57,696 bases of DNA, taken from Octopus bimaculoides. Taxonomy: Eukaryota. The DNA lies in NCBI RefSeq assembly GCF_001194135.2, contig NC_068994.1, forward strand, positions 9,707,353-9,765,048, read 5' to 3'. This document shows, in pieces, positions 26,504-40,766 of the stretch (positions are counted from its first letter, which is position 1; each line of letters opens with the position of its first letter). A model generated the notes under the pieces. It worked only from the letters and a program-made list of their open reading frames with translations, did no database searches and was not told the DNA's origin. Position numbers and translations under genes: made by a program.

Positions 26504-27744
26504 TACATATATTTATGTGTTTATGTGTATATATATGTGGGGGGGGGTTTACGCGTGTGTCATCGTGCGAATGATTGTGTGTGTTTTCTATTCTTCATGT
26601 TACTTGACACCGCATGATCGTCTGTTTTCCTGTAACTTAATAAGATACCGTTAGAATAAGTGTTAGTATCAATTTGATCGACCGATCCCCTTAAGAGAAC
26701 ATGCACAGGTCTTCCTCATAAAATGCTACGTTCAAATACAAGAAAAATCTGCAAATGTACGTACGCGTGTTTTTCACTGCATGTTTTGCACGTATGTCTT
26801 CTTTCCAACGTTTCCTTCAGCGAAGGAAATGCAACGCCATTTACTTTGCGAGAGGCAAATCGGTGCAGTGCCAAGAAAAGTACATATTAATTGAACCGCG
26901 TTACATTTGTATGTTTAATGGATGGGTGATGACTTCATGTTGCTAACATCTGTCCGTGTGACTTACTCAGAGCGTCTATATAGCATGCAGAAAGCAGGGG
27001 AGACTATCGAAACCCACTGCTTTTCAGTCAGTGATAATTTTATCATCTGACTTATCTTCCCGTTTTACGTAAAAAAAAATTTTACGAATTTCTAGATTGA
27101 AATATCTCAATGCATTTTCACACATTTTATAAATCCTATGTATTTCTGGTTAATTTAAGATGTTAGTTCGTATTCAGAAACATATGAAGAAAGCCTAAAT
27201 ATAATAACGATAACATTAAAATGGTATCTAGTAATAACTGCATATTCAATTACGCGTATATAACTAGACACTAAATAATTATTTCTTTGAATTAGATAAT
27301 AAACGACGCACCAGGCTCTCAACAACTGATTTGCTAGGATAATTACTTCATCTATTAGAGTGGTATATAATAACAATACTTGTAGATTAATTGAATATCA
27401 GTACTGGTATATTATTCTAAATAATAAGGAACATTTAAACTCACATATGGCAGCTAGATATTTAATTGTATTTGTACTACGATATAAATGGCGGAAATTG
27501 ATCGAACACAGCAACAAATGACAATGTGCTAACTGAATTCTTCATCACAAACATTAAGCAACATGTATTTCTATACATCTATATGTCGAATGTTTAGCGT
27601 TGAATCGCCATAAAGGTCGTTAGTATCTCGTCTAGTTTTCTGCAATATTATATTCAGTAGTAATTTATCCAGTGTATTCATCCGTCATTAATACTGCAAG
27701 GTAAATAATGCAAGGTGAATACCAGACACAACTGCAACAATTAT

Positions 27745-27757
27745 TGTAGTAGTAGTT

Positions 27758-27798
<41 letters not shown>
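27745..27798. repeat. (AGT)n microsatellite
   Basis: Read directly from the sequence. Confidence 0.9.
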
Positions 27799-27842
27799 CA
27801 GGATGAGATGCCGGTGAAATGTGCCCTTTCTAAATTTTCCAG

Positions 27843-28060
27843 AAAATAAATTTGGCTTTGAAGAACTCTCTCGAGGAGAGAGAATTCCCTACCAAAGTAA
27901 AAGGAAAACACCAGACACGGTATTAGAAGTTGTTAACGAAAGTGGTGATGAGTATTTACGACAGTGTGATGAACTCACATACTGGCAGATTAACGCTGGT
28001 TTATATGCTCTGGCTACTAATGTAAAACAGTACGTTCATGTGGATTTGTCCGAAACGTAG
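27843..28060 (+). CDS. Candidate coding exon of an unknown small protein (putative exon 27843-28103)
   Basis: Acceptor ctttctaaattttccag and consensus donor gtgagt at 28104. The open, non-repetitive frame reads NKFGFEELSRGERIPYQSKRKTPDTVLEVVNESGDEYLRQCDELTYWQINAGLYALATNVKQYVHVDLSET*. No homology recognised. Confidence 0.3.
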
Positions 28061-28694
28061 CAATGGTAACAGAAATTCAAGATGCCACGCATTGGATTGA
28101 AAAGTGAGTCGCTTTATTGTGGGGAAGAACCATTAATTTTGTTGTGGCTGCAACCGTGTGAGAAGGAACTAACATTAAACGCAATGCGGTATGCAACGTA
28201 ACGTTTTGTTTTTAACTATAAAACTGCTTGAGGATGAAAACTACATTGTTTCCCTTAAGAACAGATAAAATGCTTGTCCGTTATATAATTCAGTTTGATA
28301 CATTACATCTAACAAAACTATTCTTCTTTAATATTTCGTTTCTTAAGAAAAAGCTGTTACCATTTTAGTGCCTACAAATAAACGACAAATTGACGTCGAT
28401 AATATTATTCTGTTCCGTCTTCTTAATATCTAATCTAAGTTTATTTTATCATTTGTTTGTACATAAAGTTACGTTCATGAAAATTCAATAAACAAAACAA
28501 AAGTGATCAGTTTGGTCAACCATATCTGTTTAATATAAAACCACGCGTATTACTAAGGAAGATATTAATTTTGTAATACTTATATTAGTAGCAGATGAGA
28601 AGAAACGCGGATGATTGACTTCTCAATATTATTTGTGTGGACCGGCATGCGACCTTGTGGACTCATATGGCATACTAAATTAGGGAAGGCCTAT

Positions 28695-28765
28695 TCGTTC
28701 AACGAAAGTTAATACAGAACTTCACTTACTGCAAGTGAAGTTCTGTATTAACTTTTGTTGAACGA
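28695..28765. repeat. 71-nt hairpin (33-bp stem, 5-nt loop)
   Basis: Arms 28695-28727 and 28733-28765: 32 Watson-Crick pairs and 1 G:T; loop actgc. Not near a gap. Confidence 0.9.
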
Positions 28766-29807
28766 TCAGTGTTAATACTCAAAGGCAATCCAGTTATGTA
28801 CTACTCTATATATTACAAGTGGTGTGTATCTCACTTTACTCTGTAGAGGTACCGTACAGATCATTCCTTGCACTCAAACACAACTAACAATAAATAGTAT
28901 TTGATTTGCTACATAGAAGCTACAGGCTGGCACACGATCCGCTACAAATAGCGTTTAAATTGATAAAATACGATATTGGTGGTTTCTATATATTTCAAAG
29001 GGTATCTCTTTGCTCTCACTTTACATGCTATTCAGGGCAGCCAAATTCTCTTTAAATCAAATCAGACCAGCATTAAAGAATGATTAAATATCACTTATAA
29101 AACAAAACTATAGCGGACTTAACTGTTTGAAATATATTTTGTAGTCATACCTGCATTGTTTTTAAGAATACATCCGTTCCTTCAAGCACAAAAGATTGAC
29201 CAAGTTTAATATGAATACTGTAGTTTACATCAATAAGCAAGCGAGTGACCCTCTACTTTATCGCTAGTCGTGAAAGGAAATATAGCAGAAGAATTTCAAT
29301 AAAATTACATTCTACCATTTAGAAGGAGATGCAATTTCAATAAGCATGATTGGAATCTGTTCGATGGCAGGTGTTCACAATCAGCCTTCACATGCAGGTA
29401 AACAAAAACAGCTTAATCTACAAGTCAGGTGCCATAGATCTGCTAACACGGAGTTGAATTCCGATATCGCATAACAGCCAACCTATCGCCTGATTAAAAC
29501 AAGGAATCTACCGTTGTTTACATAAAAATGTATATATCATTGTGTGTGTGTGCGCGCGCGCATAGTTGTTTGTGTGCGTGCGTGTATGGTTAGTGTGTTG
29601 CACTCACGGTTGCTAAATTGTGGTTTCAAGTCTGTTGTGTCATTCATCAAAACATTTCATATCACTCCATTCCATTAAGCTGTAAATGGATATCCCTGCA
29701 TGCACTACCAACATTAATACAAATTCAGCATAAAGAAAATAAGATATTGGTGTTTAGTAAAAGTACTCTATTAAAACACACACACACACACACACACACA
29801 CATGCAC

Positions 29808-29864
<57 letters not shown>

Positions 29865-31181
29865 NNNNNNNNNNNNNNNNNNNNNNNNNNNNNNNNNNNN
29901 NNNNNNNNNNNNNNNNNNNNNNNNNNNNNNNNNNNNNNNNNNNNNNNNNNNNNNNNNNNNNNNNNNNNNNNNNNNNNNNNNNNNNNNNNNNNNNNNNNNN
30001 NNNNNNNNNNNNNNNNNNNNNNNNNNNNNNNNNNNNNNNNNNNNNNNNNNNNNNNNNNNNNNNNNNNNNNNNNNNNNNNNNNNNNNNNNNNNNNNNNNNN
30101 NNNNNNNNNNNNNNNNNNNNNNNNNNNNNNNNNNNNNNNNNNNNNNNNNNNNNNNNNNNNNNNNNNNNNNNNNNNNNNNNNNNNNNNNNNNNNNNNNNNA
30201 GAGAGAGAGAGAGAGAGAGATAGATAGATAGATATATTCATACTTACATATACATATATGTGTATGTGCGTGTGCCTTGGTGTGTGTGTTTGCCCGTGTG
30301 TGTGTGCGTGAGTGCGTTTGTGTTTGCGTGTGCTCGTACACGCGCGCGTGCATGCTGCTTGCAAGTGTGTGTTCCTATACATACGTACATGTATATATTA
30401 ACCAGCCGATAGTTAAGCTGAACGTCAATCACATCAAATTTCATAAGTTTTATAAGTCTGGGGAAATCTTGCTTAGATAACCAAAGCCAACCATTCTCCT
30501 TCTTCCGAATATGCAAAAGAGAAATTTCAAATTCATCTCAGCTAAAACGATTCATAACATTGAATAAGTTATCATCATCTGCAGTTGAACCATTACCAAC
30601 TAGTAGTTCACCTACAGAAATCAACAACAACAATAACAATAACAACGTTACATAGGAGTGAATATGACAAACTATAAAATAAAATATAAGAAATGATGAA
30701 CAATAACAATTGCAGAAACAATTACAATACCAACAATTACAATGCCAACAACAGTATCAACAACAACAAGGAAAGCAACCTCAACTGAAGTCCAAAATGT
30801 AAAGAAATTAATTTCATTATTCGTTTTCCCGGTGAGATTTATGCAATCAATCTATTTAGACGATAAGAATCAAATAGAACGGCAAAGAATTGAGTAAACA
30901 TTTTCGGTACGAGAGAAAACCTGTCAAGATTTAATCAATTTATATTATTGGCACTATCGATCCCCCAAACCGATTTCAGCGGTTGCAAGCGAACTGCGCA
31001 GTGGTGATTATAAACACATATGTACATACAAACAGGCACATAATGTACTTCGATGTATATATATATGTGTGTGTGTTTGATTGTGTGTATCTGTATGTGT
31101 ATGTCTCTATGTGTGTATGTATGTATATGTATGCATTGCATATATATGTGGTGTCTGTATGTAAAAATCCAGGTACGTAGA

Positions 31182-31231
<50 letters not shown>

Positions 31232-31697
31232 CATGTATGTATGTATGTATGTATGCACGTTTCTATGTATGTAGGATGTATAAACATGTGTACATATAGA
31301 TGTATATAGATGTATGTACCTACATATATTTATATCAATCTATATGTGTTTGTTTGTTTGTGTATACGCATACATGTACGCGCGTTTACATCACATGTAT
31401 GAAAGCATTTAACCACAAGTATATGTGCGTATGCGTGTTGTGTCGTGTGCATGCGTTTTAAAGTGCGTTTACATATTCCTTTGTGTTGACTGATATACAC
31501 AAATGTACAGTGTGTATATTTACACCTGTGTGCAAATATATCATTAATCTGAAAAACGTACACATATGTTTGTATGCAATTTATCTACAGACAACGAAAT
31601 GCACAAGCAACTGCGTACAAGTACATAAATACACTTGTTTGTGTATTTATATAAACAATTACGCAATATATACACTTACAGATTGGAGACTATGCAA

Positions 31698-31733
<36 letters not shown>

Positions 31734-31852
31734 GTATAAATGCATGCTCTGTGCGTTTGCCTATATGTACGTATATGCGTGTGCGTGAACATATGAATGC
31801 ATCTATACACATCTGTGTAAAATACATGCATATGTATATACATATATGTACA

Positions 31853-31931
<79 letters not shown>

Positions 31932-34900
31932 GCATTCTTATATAGTTATTTGCATATATAAACGCATACATATATGCATCTAAGCATTTAAGTCAGCATG
32001 TATGCGAAATTGTGCGCTACATATATTTGTATTCAACAATCGTGGTATCCGAAACGACAAAACATTAGTTTCAACGGAATTTACATCTACGACATGAAAT
32101 TTCAGTAAAGGTGGAGAGTAATTTGTGAAATTATCAACTAATAGAAGATAAGATAACATGAATAGCTAATCACATTTCCTACTGTTAACACACGCGTCTC
32201 TCCGAGATGACTCATAGCATTAATAAGATAGAAGGTTAAAGACCGTTTTAGTAAATAGACAAAGAGAACTGGAAGTAATGGACGGCGAGGAAGGAAGTGA
32301 TGAGAACTTGGTAGAAGATAAATGAGGAGGAGATAAAGGTTAATAGAAGCGAATAAAAGTTCGTACAAAATTTCAAAAGCTCAACATCAAAGGTTGATCA
32401 GAAACTAGTAAATATAATTAGTCAATTTAACTTATCGAATGTTAGATAAGAGTTGATCAAGAAACAAAAACAAGACAAACAATCAGTAAGAAGTAATGTA
32501 AACAAAATGAATATAAGGAAACAAAAAAAAAAAAAAAAANNNNNNNNNNAAAAAAAAAAAAAAAAAAAAAATTACAAGCCACAAGTACAATAACATTGTA
32601 TTAAATGTAATTAAATAAAGGCTAAATGTTTATACGAGATTACAGAGTTTGATATTTCTTTGCATGATCACCAATGGCGAAAAATACGGTCGGCTCAAGA
32701 TTAAGATTAGATGTACTTATTTTGTTGCATATTTTATGAAACGTTTGATAGCCTTCTTGATTTTGCAGTGTGAAATTGATTGTCAGCCTGTACGGAATAA
32801 ATTTAGAATATCTGCAAATCGCTACATTAGATAGGCATTTACCATTATATATGTATGTGAGGTAGCGGTTATCTACATTATGTATCAGTTTTGTTTTTCT
32901 TTTGAATAGAATATCGAAAACAGCGTTTCGTAAATTGGTAAAGAGATAGACACATTACAAAACAACTTTGTTATTTAACAATCTTCACTTTGTTTATTGT
33001 TGTTTCATATGTTGATTTTAGTCATTTAAAATCCATCATTATATATGGCATGATTGATTTCATGTATTTCTTAATTGATTAGGCTTATTTATTAAAATTC
33101 TAATGATTTACTAACTGCGATAATGAGAAAAAAGTTGTATTCTGAATATTACAAGACGCTAAAATGTTTCTTCATAGTGCTCAACTTCTAGGATTGGCAG
33201 AAATATCCCGAAACCAGGACTGGTCTACTGGCCACATCGCTAGGTGTAGATACCGGTTCACGTCTCTGCTCGCTATCATATCGGATGCAAATGTATATCG
33301 CGAACCAGCTATATATATATATTATTTGCCGAAAATGTCAAATGAAAACGATACAGGCTGCTTTGGACTGATAAATAACATTGCACGATCTTAACATACT
33401 GAAACAATCATTTTGTTAAACTTGAATTCCCAATGATAAGAAAATAAAAAGATAACTGATTTCCCAAGGTCCCAACCATCAATATAAGGACATTTAATAT
33501 ATTCACATGAATGGAACATGTCTAGAGAAATAATTGCATAAAGACTAAGTGATGTTCCTGAAGATAGGAACTATTCTATTCAGATAAATAACAAATGAGA
33601 TTGTATTGTGAGAAAAGGAAGCTGCTGGTTAGTTCAATGTAGAGTCAATTAGGATCCGGATTTTCACTCAGCAAAACCTGTTCCCGATTCGTGTAACATA
33701 GAAATGGTTCGAGTCATATCGGTTCTTCGCGATAAAATCCGTGTGGAAATTCTATTGCATGTTCATGTTCTCTCACTCTCCCATCCTTTTCTCCTTTTAT
33801 ATATGCAGCCAAGTGGCTGTATATATGTATATTTATGCACCAGTAATTGTTTTCTTTGCTTGTCTGTTTTTGTATATGAATAGTAGTCAGTCATTTTATG
33901 TTTAGGATATATAAATGAATGTAAATCTCAAATCTCCTCCTATTAGAATATATTGTAATATAATACTTTCTAGGTTGCATCATATTGTTATTTGCTGTTT
34001 TAACTTTTTAAACCCAAGTGTCGTGAACGTATTTTTATATTATATATACACAAGAATATATATATATACACAAGAATATATATATATACATGTATGTATG
34101 TATTCATGAGGCAAGTTTATCCGTTAATTATGATCGGTAAATTCAATGCGAGATCTTCAAACCGTTTATAACACATCTGCTCTATCACAGTTAATATCGA
34201 ACTAAACAAAACACGCAATCAACAATAGCAAAACATTATTTTACATAAAAGATTTACTTTACAGGAGACCTGAGATGTAAATGCACTGGTTTGAGAAGTT
34301 TATATTTTTTGTGACCTATGCAATGGCGATTCGAGTATCACTCTTCCCGTCATATCACAATAAGGAATACCTACATGCTAATATACAGCACTCAGTGAAC
34401 AGATTTAAATAATTAATATAGCAGTGCGAACTACTCCAGATTTTAATAGGAATGCATTTTTGGGATTTCAGATTTATGTTGCGGTTACTGAGAACTGCAT
34501 TTATGTCCCATTGAATAACAGAAATATCGTTAGAAATGATTTTGTTACGATAATGATATATAGTCGGCATAATATTCGCTTGTATATTATGTTACGGTTC
34601 TCAGAGATATTTTGAAACGAGCAGTTTAGCAGAATAAACTTTTTTAAATATCTTTAATTGAGCAAAGAATCCACGTTTAATGATCATGCATTAAATAAAT
34701 GTTTGGTTTACTCCGAGGCATCGATACCCTACAAATAACGTCTCTTGCCTGTGTATGTTTCAGTCATTTATCGTCAGTGTGCAGTTGTTAAACAGGGAAA
34801 TCAATAGCACCGAGCCCACCCAAAATTCGATGATGACGACATAGTTTTCGTCCAAATGAAAGGATTAAAAAACTAAAGTTAAATTTAAATAATAGAATAT

Positions 34901-37900
34901 TCTGTTAAAATGAAGGAAAAACACTGAATATAATATAACCCTAGAGAAAATGCGAGGTATTTAAGACTTTGTAAAATATTTGTTTTGCAATATTTTCTAT
35001 CTCTTAAATGCATTATTAATTGAAGTATAGCCATGCTGGGACAGCGTCTTCAAGGTATTTTGTAGGAACTAATCCAATCCAGTCTGGAATTTAAAGTCAG
35101 TTACTTATGCTATTGGTCACTTTGTCAAATCTGTAGGTTGCAGAGAGATATGTACACGAGCTCCAGTGGTCAGGCATTGAAGGGGGGATGCAAACTGACA
35201 TAAAACACGCATACACGCATATAGATATATACGAATGGCTTCCACATATTTTCCGTCTACTAATCGCACTAAAAAAAAATTGGTCAGCGAGTAGCTATAT
35301 CGGATGACATTTTCACAAGGTACCATGCATTGGATCTAAACAGGAAACTGCATTTACAAAGCAAACTTATTAACCATACATCCATAGTTACACCTTCCGT
35401 ATTATTGCTTTAAAATCCAACTTGTGCAAATAAAATATAATCTTTCATGCCTAAAGTTCGCTACACAGTAAGCAAACGTGGATTTAATCTTTGATCGTGC
35501 GAAATACTTCAGAATAGAACAGAAATACATTTTAGATTCAGTTCTTTCTTTACCTGATTTTGTTTACAATTTCGGGATGGACATAGGAATTGTAAAACAG
35601 AAAAAGAAGTGATTTTGTTGTGACTGTATTCTGCAGTTGGCAAGGAACCATAATCTTCGTTTTGATAGTATATTATTTATCCCGAATATTTAAGGGAAAA
35701 TATATAAAAAGAAAATGATATATGAAATAATATCAACTAAGGATAGAATCTGCAACTTGAAATTATCTTACGGATAATATAAGCCACTCCAGAAGATGCG
35801 AATAACCTTTCTGCTACAGAAAAATATCTCAGAAAGGAAGGTATATTTACTTCTTAACGCGTTTTTATATTTTATATTTCTTTCTTTACGCTTTTTTTAT
35901 ATCTTATATTTCTTTCTTTCCGGGTTTTTGTTTCTCTTTTGTTTGTAAGTGTATCATGGAATATGGAATACGAAAAACGGTTGAAGTGATTTTAACCAAA
36001 CATGTTATGTAGCTGGCAAGCAACCATAATCTTTATTTTGATAATACGTTGTTTTTCTTTGCTGATTCTTTAAGAACTGAAAATGGTATGGAGTAAAAAA
36101 TAAATATAGTATTGAAGTTAATACGTTGCTTGCTTTCACGTAAAATATGGGAAGAGAAAACGAGTATAAAAAGGTGAAACCATCAGAATGAAAAATAAAA
36201 AAAGGGAATCAGAATAAATAGCAAACGACTTCAGAAGACTTCATTTATGTTAAAAAGAATGAGCAATATTGTAAAAGAAATCAACGGCAAAAAATAGAAT
36301 CAACACTCTTTATAATAAAAAAAGATCGGCCTCAAATAGAAAATAAAAGGAAAACAGTTTCTGCTTTTATTTTTGAAATAAAAAAAAAAAGGAATAAGGC
36401 ATAATATAATATTTTCAAAGAAATGAATGACACCGAAATGGCAAAAGAAAATAAATGATTAAATAAATAAATAAATAAATAATAATCCAAATAAGGAAAA
36501 AAAACCTGAACGAATGAATAAACAAAGAATGGAGATTCTGAAAATCAATGATGTGCCATTATGTTAAAACAACAGCAAAAATCTCAAATAAGAACCGAAA
36601 AAAGAAAATGTGATCATTGCATTTTAGGTCATAAACACTAAGAAATAGCACGAAGTAAAGGTATGTGGGACAATTCTCAAGAGTGACACAAATATTTAAA
36701 CTCCGATTTTAGACAGCAAATGAGGAGATTAAATTGTCACATTTGTGTAATGCGATCAAGTTTTAGTACGCTTTTTCTTTTATATTTTCTTATTTTAATA
36801 ACATTTCTTTTTTATGGTTTTGAGATATTTTAAACTCATTATATGTTTCGATTTTTTTTTGTTTTATTAATATATTATTGTTTTTGCTATAAAACGGACT
36901 GGGAATATTAATTGTATATAATATTTAAACCAGAACGCGTTCTTTCACGTAGAGCTGCGTATGCTAATAGTGTAGCGTTCCGTTCCATAAAACTGCTACA
37001 CGAAACAATCAAACGCATGACCTCACAAAGAAAATGGTATTTGTTTTCGTTGTTTTTCTTGACTAATATAGTCGACGTGATTGATATTCAAATCAAACCG
37101 TGTGTTTGTTATGGTTATTGGTTTTTCATAAAACACTCGTGTAGTTTATTGCAGTTAATTTGTCACATGTCATCTTTGAGTTTTGGAATGAAGACGTTCT
37201 AGTCTCTTGTTTGCAGACATGGAAATTTGAATTTTGTTTAATGCCAGTGCAGCCGCCACTCACTCCTGCAAGCGAAAAGCATCTATTATATGTATGGTGG
37301 GTCAGCCTTCTTATTTCAGATTATATTTAAGCTACTACGAATCTGTTGTATGATATCTACATGGATTTTCTCATAGATTACAGCGTATATTCTTTAGTCC
37401 TACAACAGATTATTAGTTGAGTGACCTGCATAACTGTGGTGGACAACGTAGTTGATATACATTCAGGTTAATCTTATAAAGAATAACATTGTTCTTATTT
37501 CGACCCCACATCATTTCTGATCCAAAGACATTCGGTCAAAGCAAGTTAGCCATTACCAAAACGTCATTTAATCGAACTTCGCGTAGTTGGAACTAAAATA
37601 CTCTATAAGTTCTTCATTTTAAATTCTGCTTCGTGAAATTCATACAGTCATGTCAGAAACAAGAAATGGAACCTCTGTATAAGTTAGCTACATGCGCTAT
37701 AATCGTGAACTGGGTTTCGCTCCATGTTTTTATATGTCACTTTTCTTGAAGGACACTAGAGCGAGCATGAGATTGGAAAATAAGTTCGTACGATCAAGCT
37801 TCGTATCCGAGAAATGCAACCTGATACTTCAGCAATAGTGAAACCATTACATTAAATTAATATATGTAGCTTTGCACGAATTGTGTTCGGTTGTTCGAGC

Positions 37901-39101
37901 AAGTGAACACCATCCTTATTGAATAAGGGGAATTGTTTGAACTATTCCGCAGGCAATGTATCCTTAACATGATTCTTAGGGAAAAATCATTAACAGATCA
38001 TCTGATAAACCTGGGTATTTCGATTTCCCCTACAATACATTGACAAGATTTCAAATAACTTCTGTCTGCATTCAATGACGAGACCAGGATTACAATGTGT
38101 AGCTATTGTAATATAAACTTAGCGAACATGCCACCGGTGAGGTAATGAAACTCGGGAGCTTGTGATTGCAATACAAACTTCACAATTATTTACTAGCTTG
38201 GGATCAATATATTCACATTAGGCTAGACATCTACAGGGAAAAGCAGAGTGTCTGTGGCTTATTGTTTGTAACAGGTTGGATCAGCCACTAAATTAGCAGG
38301 TAGCCTTCCTTGAGCTGTGATTAACATGATACGATGTATTTTAATATAATCGTCCCAAGAATCTGATCTGTAATGCGTTATATTGTTTACTAACGTTTTA
38401 TAATGGGCTACTAACTAATAGCATTTGTTAAATATTCTGATCAGGATCAGAAAGGTTAAATTTTCCGAGTGAGTGGGATTTTCGAAATATTATGAATGTA
38501 TGATCGTCACGAAGCATCGCCAATGATAATTAAGTATCGAGTTTAAGGGATTTAACACTCCTTGATTCATAAATGTACACTGGGGAGAATATAGGAGATA
38601 CAATCATAGCATAATTAGTGCAATATTCGTGAGAGAACACATTTTACAATAAAATATAGCCATACATTGTGAATAATATTCCCAACAAGCGCAGAGATCG
38701 AATTTGTCTGAGAAATTATATGACCAACGTTGTTGTCATCGTGTCACCGCATTAACCAATGTCTTGCTTATTATCAGACTTCTGTGAATGATGTAAGTGA
38801 AATTATGTCACTGGATTTAAAAGTTACAACAGAAATTTTGACATTTTGAAAAATCTATATACATAAATAGAATAAATGCCCAATTAAAAGAAATCCGTAG
38901 TATGGTCGATTTGTTTAACTAAGCCCTTCAAGATTGTCTCACAACACAACCGCAGTCGGAATGATGAAGCAGTTAGCATTTCTTTTCAGTATGACTCTTC
39001 TATTAATCAAAATCGTAATTCTCAATTTTGATCGAAACTTTACGTGTGAGTGAAATTACTTTTCAACCAAGAAAAATTGTCATATTTCACACACACACAC
39101 A

Positions 39102-39137
<36 letters not shown>

Positions 39138-40463
39138 NNNNNNNNNNNNNNNNNNNNNNNNNNNNNNNNNNNNNNNNNNNNNNNNNNNNNNNNNNNNNNN
39201 NNNNNNNNNNNNNNNNNNNNNNNNNNNNNNNNNNNNNNNNNNNNNNNNNNNNNNNNNNNNNNNNNNNNNNNNNNNNNNNNNNNNNNNNNNNNNNNNNNNN
39301 NNNNNNNNNNNNNNNNNNNNNNNNNNNNNNNNNNNNNNNNNNNNNNNNNNNNNNNNNNNNNNNNNNNNNNNNNNNNNNNNNNNNNNNNNNNNNNNNNNNN
39401 NNNNNNNNNNNNNNNNNNNNNNNNNNNNNNNNNNNNNNNNNNNNNNNNNNNNNNNNNNNNNNNNNNNNNNNNNNNNNNNNNNNNNNNNNNNNNNNNNNNN
39501 NNNNNNNNNNNNNNNNNNNNNNNNNNNNNNNNNNNNNNNNNNNNNNNNNNNNNNNNNNNNNNNNNNNNNNNNNNNNNNNNNNNNNNNNNNNNNNNNNNNN
39601 NNNNNNNNNNNNNNNNNNNNNNNNNNNNNNNNNNNNNNNNNNNNNNNNNNNNNNNNNNNNNNNNNNNNNNNNNNNNNNNNNNNNNNNNNNNNNNNNNNNN
39701 NNNNNNNNNNNNNNNNNNNNNNNNNNNNNNNNNNNNNNNNNNNNNNNNNNNNNNNNNNNNNNNNNNNNNNNNNNNNNNNNNNNNNNNNNNNNNNNNNNNN
39801 NNNNNNNNNNNNNNNNNNNNNNNNNNNNNNNNNNNNNNNNNNNNNNNNNNNNNNNNNNNNNNNNNNNNNNNNNNNNNNNNNNNNNNNNNNNNNNNNNNNN
39901 NNNNNNNNNNNNNNNNNNNNNNNNNNNNNNNNNNNNNNNNNNNNNNNNNNNNNNNNNNNNNNNNNNNNNNNNNTATATATATATACATGTACACATTCAT
40001 ATACATGTACACATTCATATACATACATAGCCATGTGTATATGAGAGCATATGTGTAAATGCATACGTGCCTGTGTCTACAATCAATATCGTGTATAGAA
40101 AGATTGAAGAATTTTCTCATATTAAGTATAGTGCCTTATCTGGTATTTCTTTCCATTAGATGGTTACGATTCAATCATCGGAATTGTACTGTTGGGAAGC
40201 GAATAAGTTATTGATGGAAATAGAAAGTGAATAATGTCCATTGAACCTAATTTCACCAGAAGCTGTCAACGTCACAAACTGTTATTCGAAGCTGCATGCC
40301 TCTGAGATATCTATGACGTTTCCCACTGTTTCAATTTCTGGTATTCTTCTACAGAAATATTATGATTACTACTATATATGCACTGACGTTATAATTATTT
40401 CATACACATGAATATAGGTGATGAGTGGGTGTCTCTTTTGTCCCGTCACGGTAGCATTGTACT

Positions 40464-40550
40464 CATAATTATTGGCAATAATTGGTAAGACTACTACCAT
40501 AATTATCGGCAATAATTCGTAAGACTTCTAGTAGTAGTAGTAGTAGTAGT
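40464..40550. repeat. Two-copy ~33-bp tandem duplication running into (AGT)n
   Basis: cataattattggcaataattggtaagactactac followed by cataattatcggcaataattcgtaagacttctag. Confidence 0.8.
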
Positions 40551-40552
40551 AA

Positions 40553-40766
40553 ATGATTTCGAATTTTGGCACAATACCAGCTCTGTGCCGCTAAACATTT
40601 TGCCATCTTAGCAATTTGCTTAAGGATTCTTCCAGCTCGCCGCCTGAATAATTATAATAATAATCCTTCATATGGTAGGCACAAGGCCTGAAAATCTGGG
40701 GAAGAGATTAATACGATTACATCTACCGCAGTGTTTCACTGGTACTTAATTTATCAAACCCCGAAA
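40553..40766 (-). mobile_element. Two adjacent SINE fragments (one internally deleted, one 3' half)
   Basis: tttcgaattttggcacaa...ccagctcgccgcc, then atccttcatatggtaggcacaaggcctgaaaatctgggg...ctggtacttaatttatcaaaccccgaaag. Confidence 0.75.

Noticed and set aside
28040-28066. Antizyme-like programmed frameshift at the end of the 79-aa ORF
   Set aside because: There is no UCC-UGA shift site or recognisable slippery heptamer and pseudoknot, and the peptide is not antizyme-like.
30577-30810. Thr-rich mucin-like reading (TIAETITIPTITMPTTVSTTTRK)
   Set aside because: Derived from degenerate AAC/ACA repeats and interrupted by stops.
32260-32320. Possible next exon QRELEVMDGEEGSDENL in phase with the 28103 donor
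   Set aside because: Weak purine-rich acceptor and a very short frame; indistinguishable from chance.
33164-35326. ORFs 33164..33394 and 35117..35326 as exons
   Set aside because: Several mutually exclusive frames and strands are equally plausible; no motif or consistent splice phase.
37400-39000. Microsatellite-free block possibly holding an old retroelement
   Set aside because: Manual translation of the parts I examined gave no convincing RT, integrase or transposase motif.
40464-40530. 33-bp direct repeats as a CRISPR-like array
   Set aside because: Two adjacent copies with no spacer, in eukaryotic DNA with no cas genes; a simple tandem duplication.
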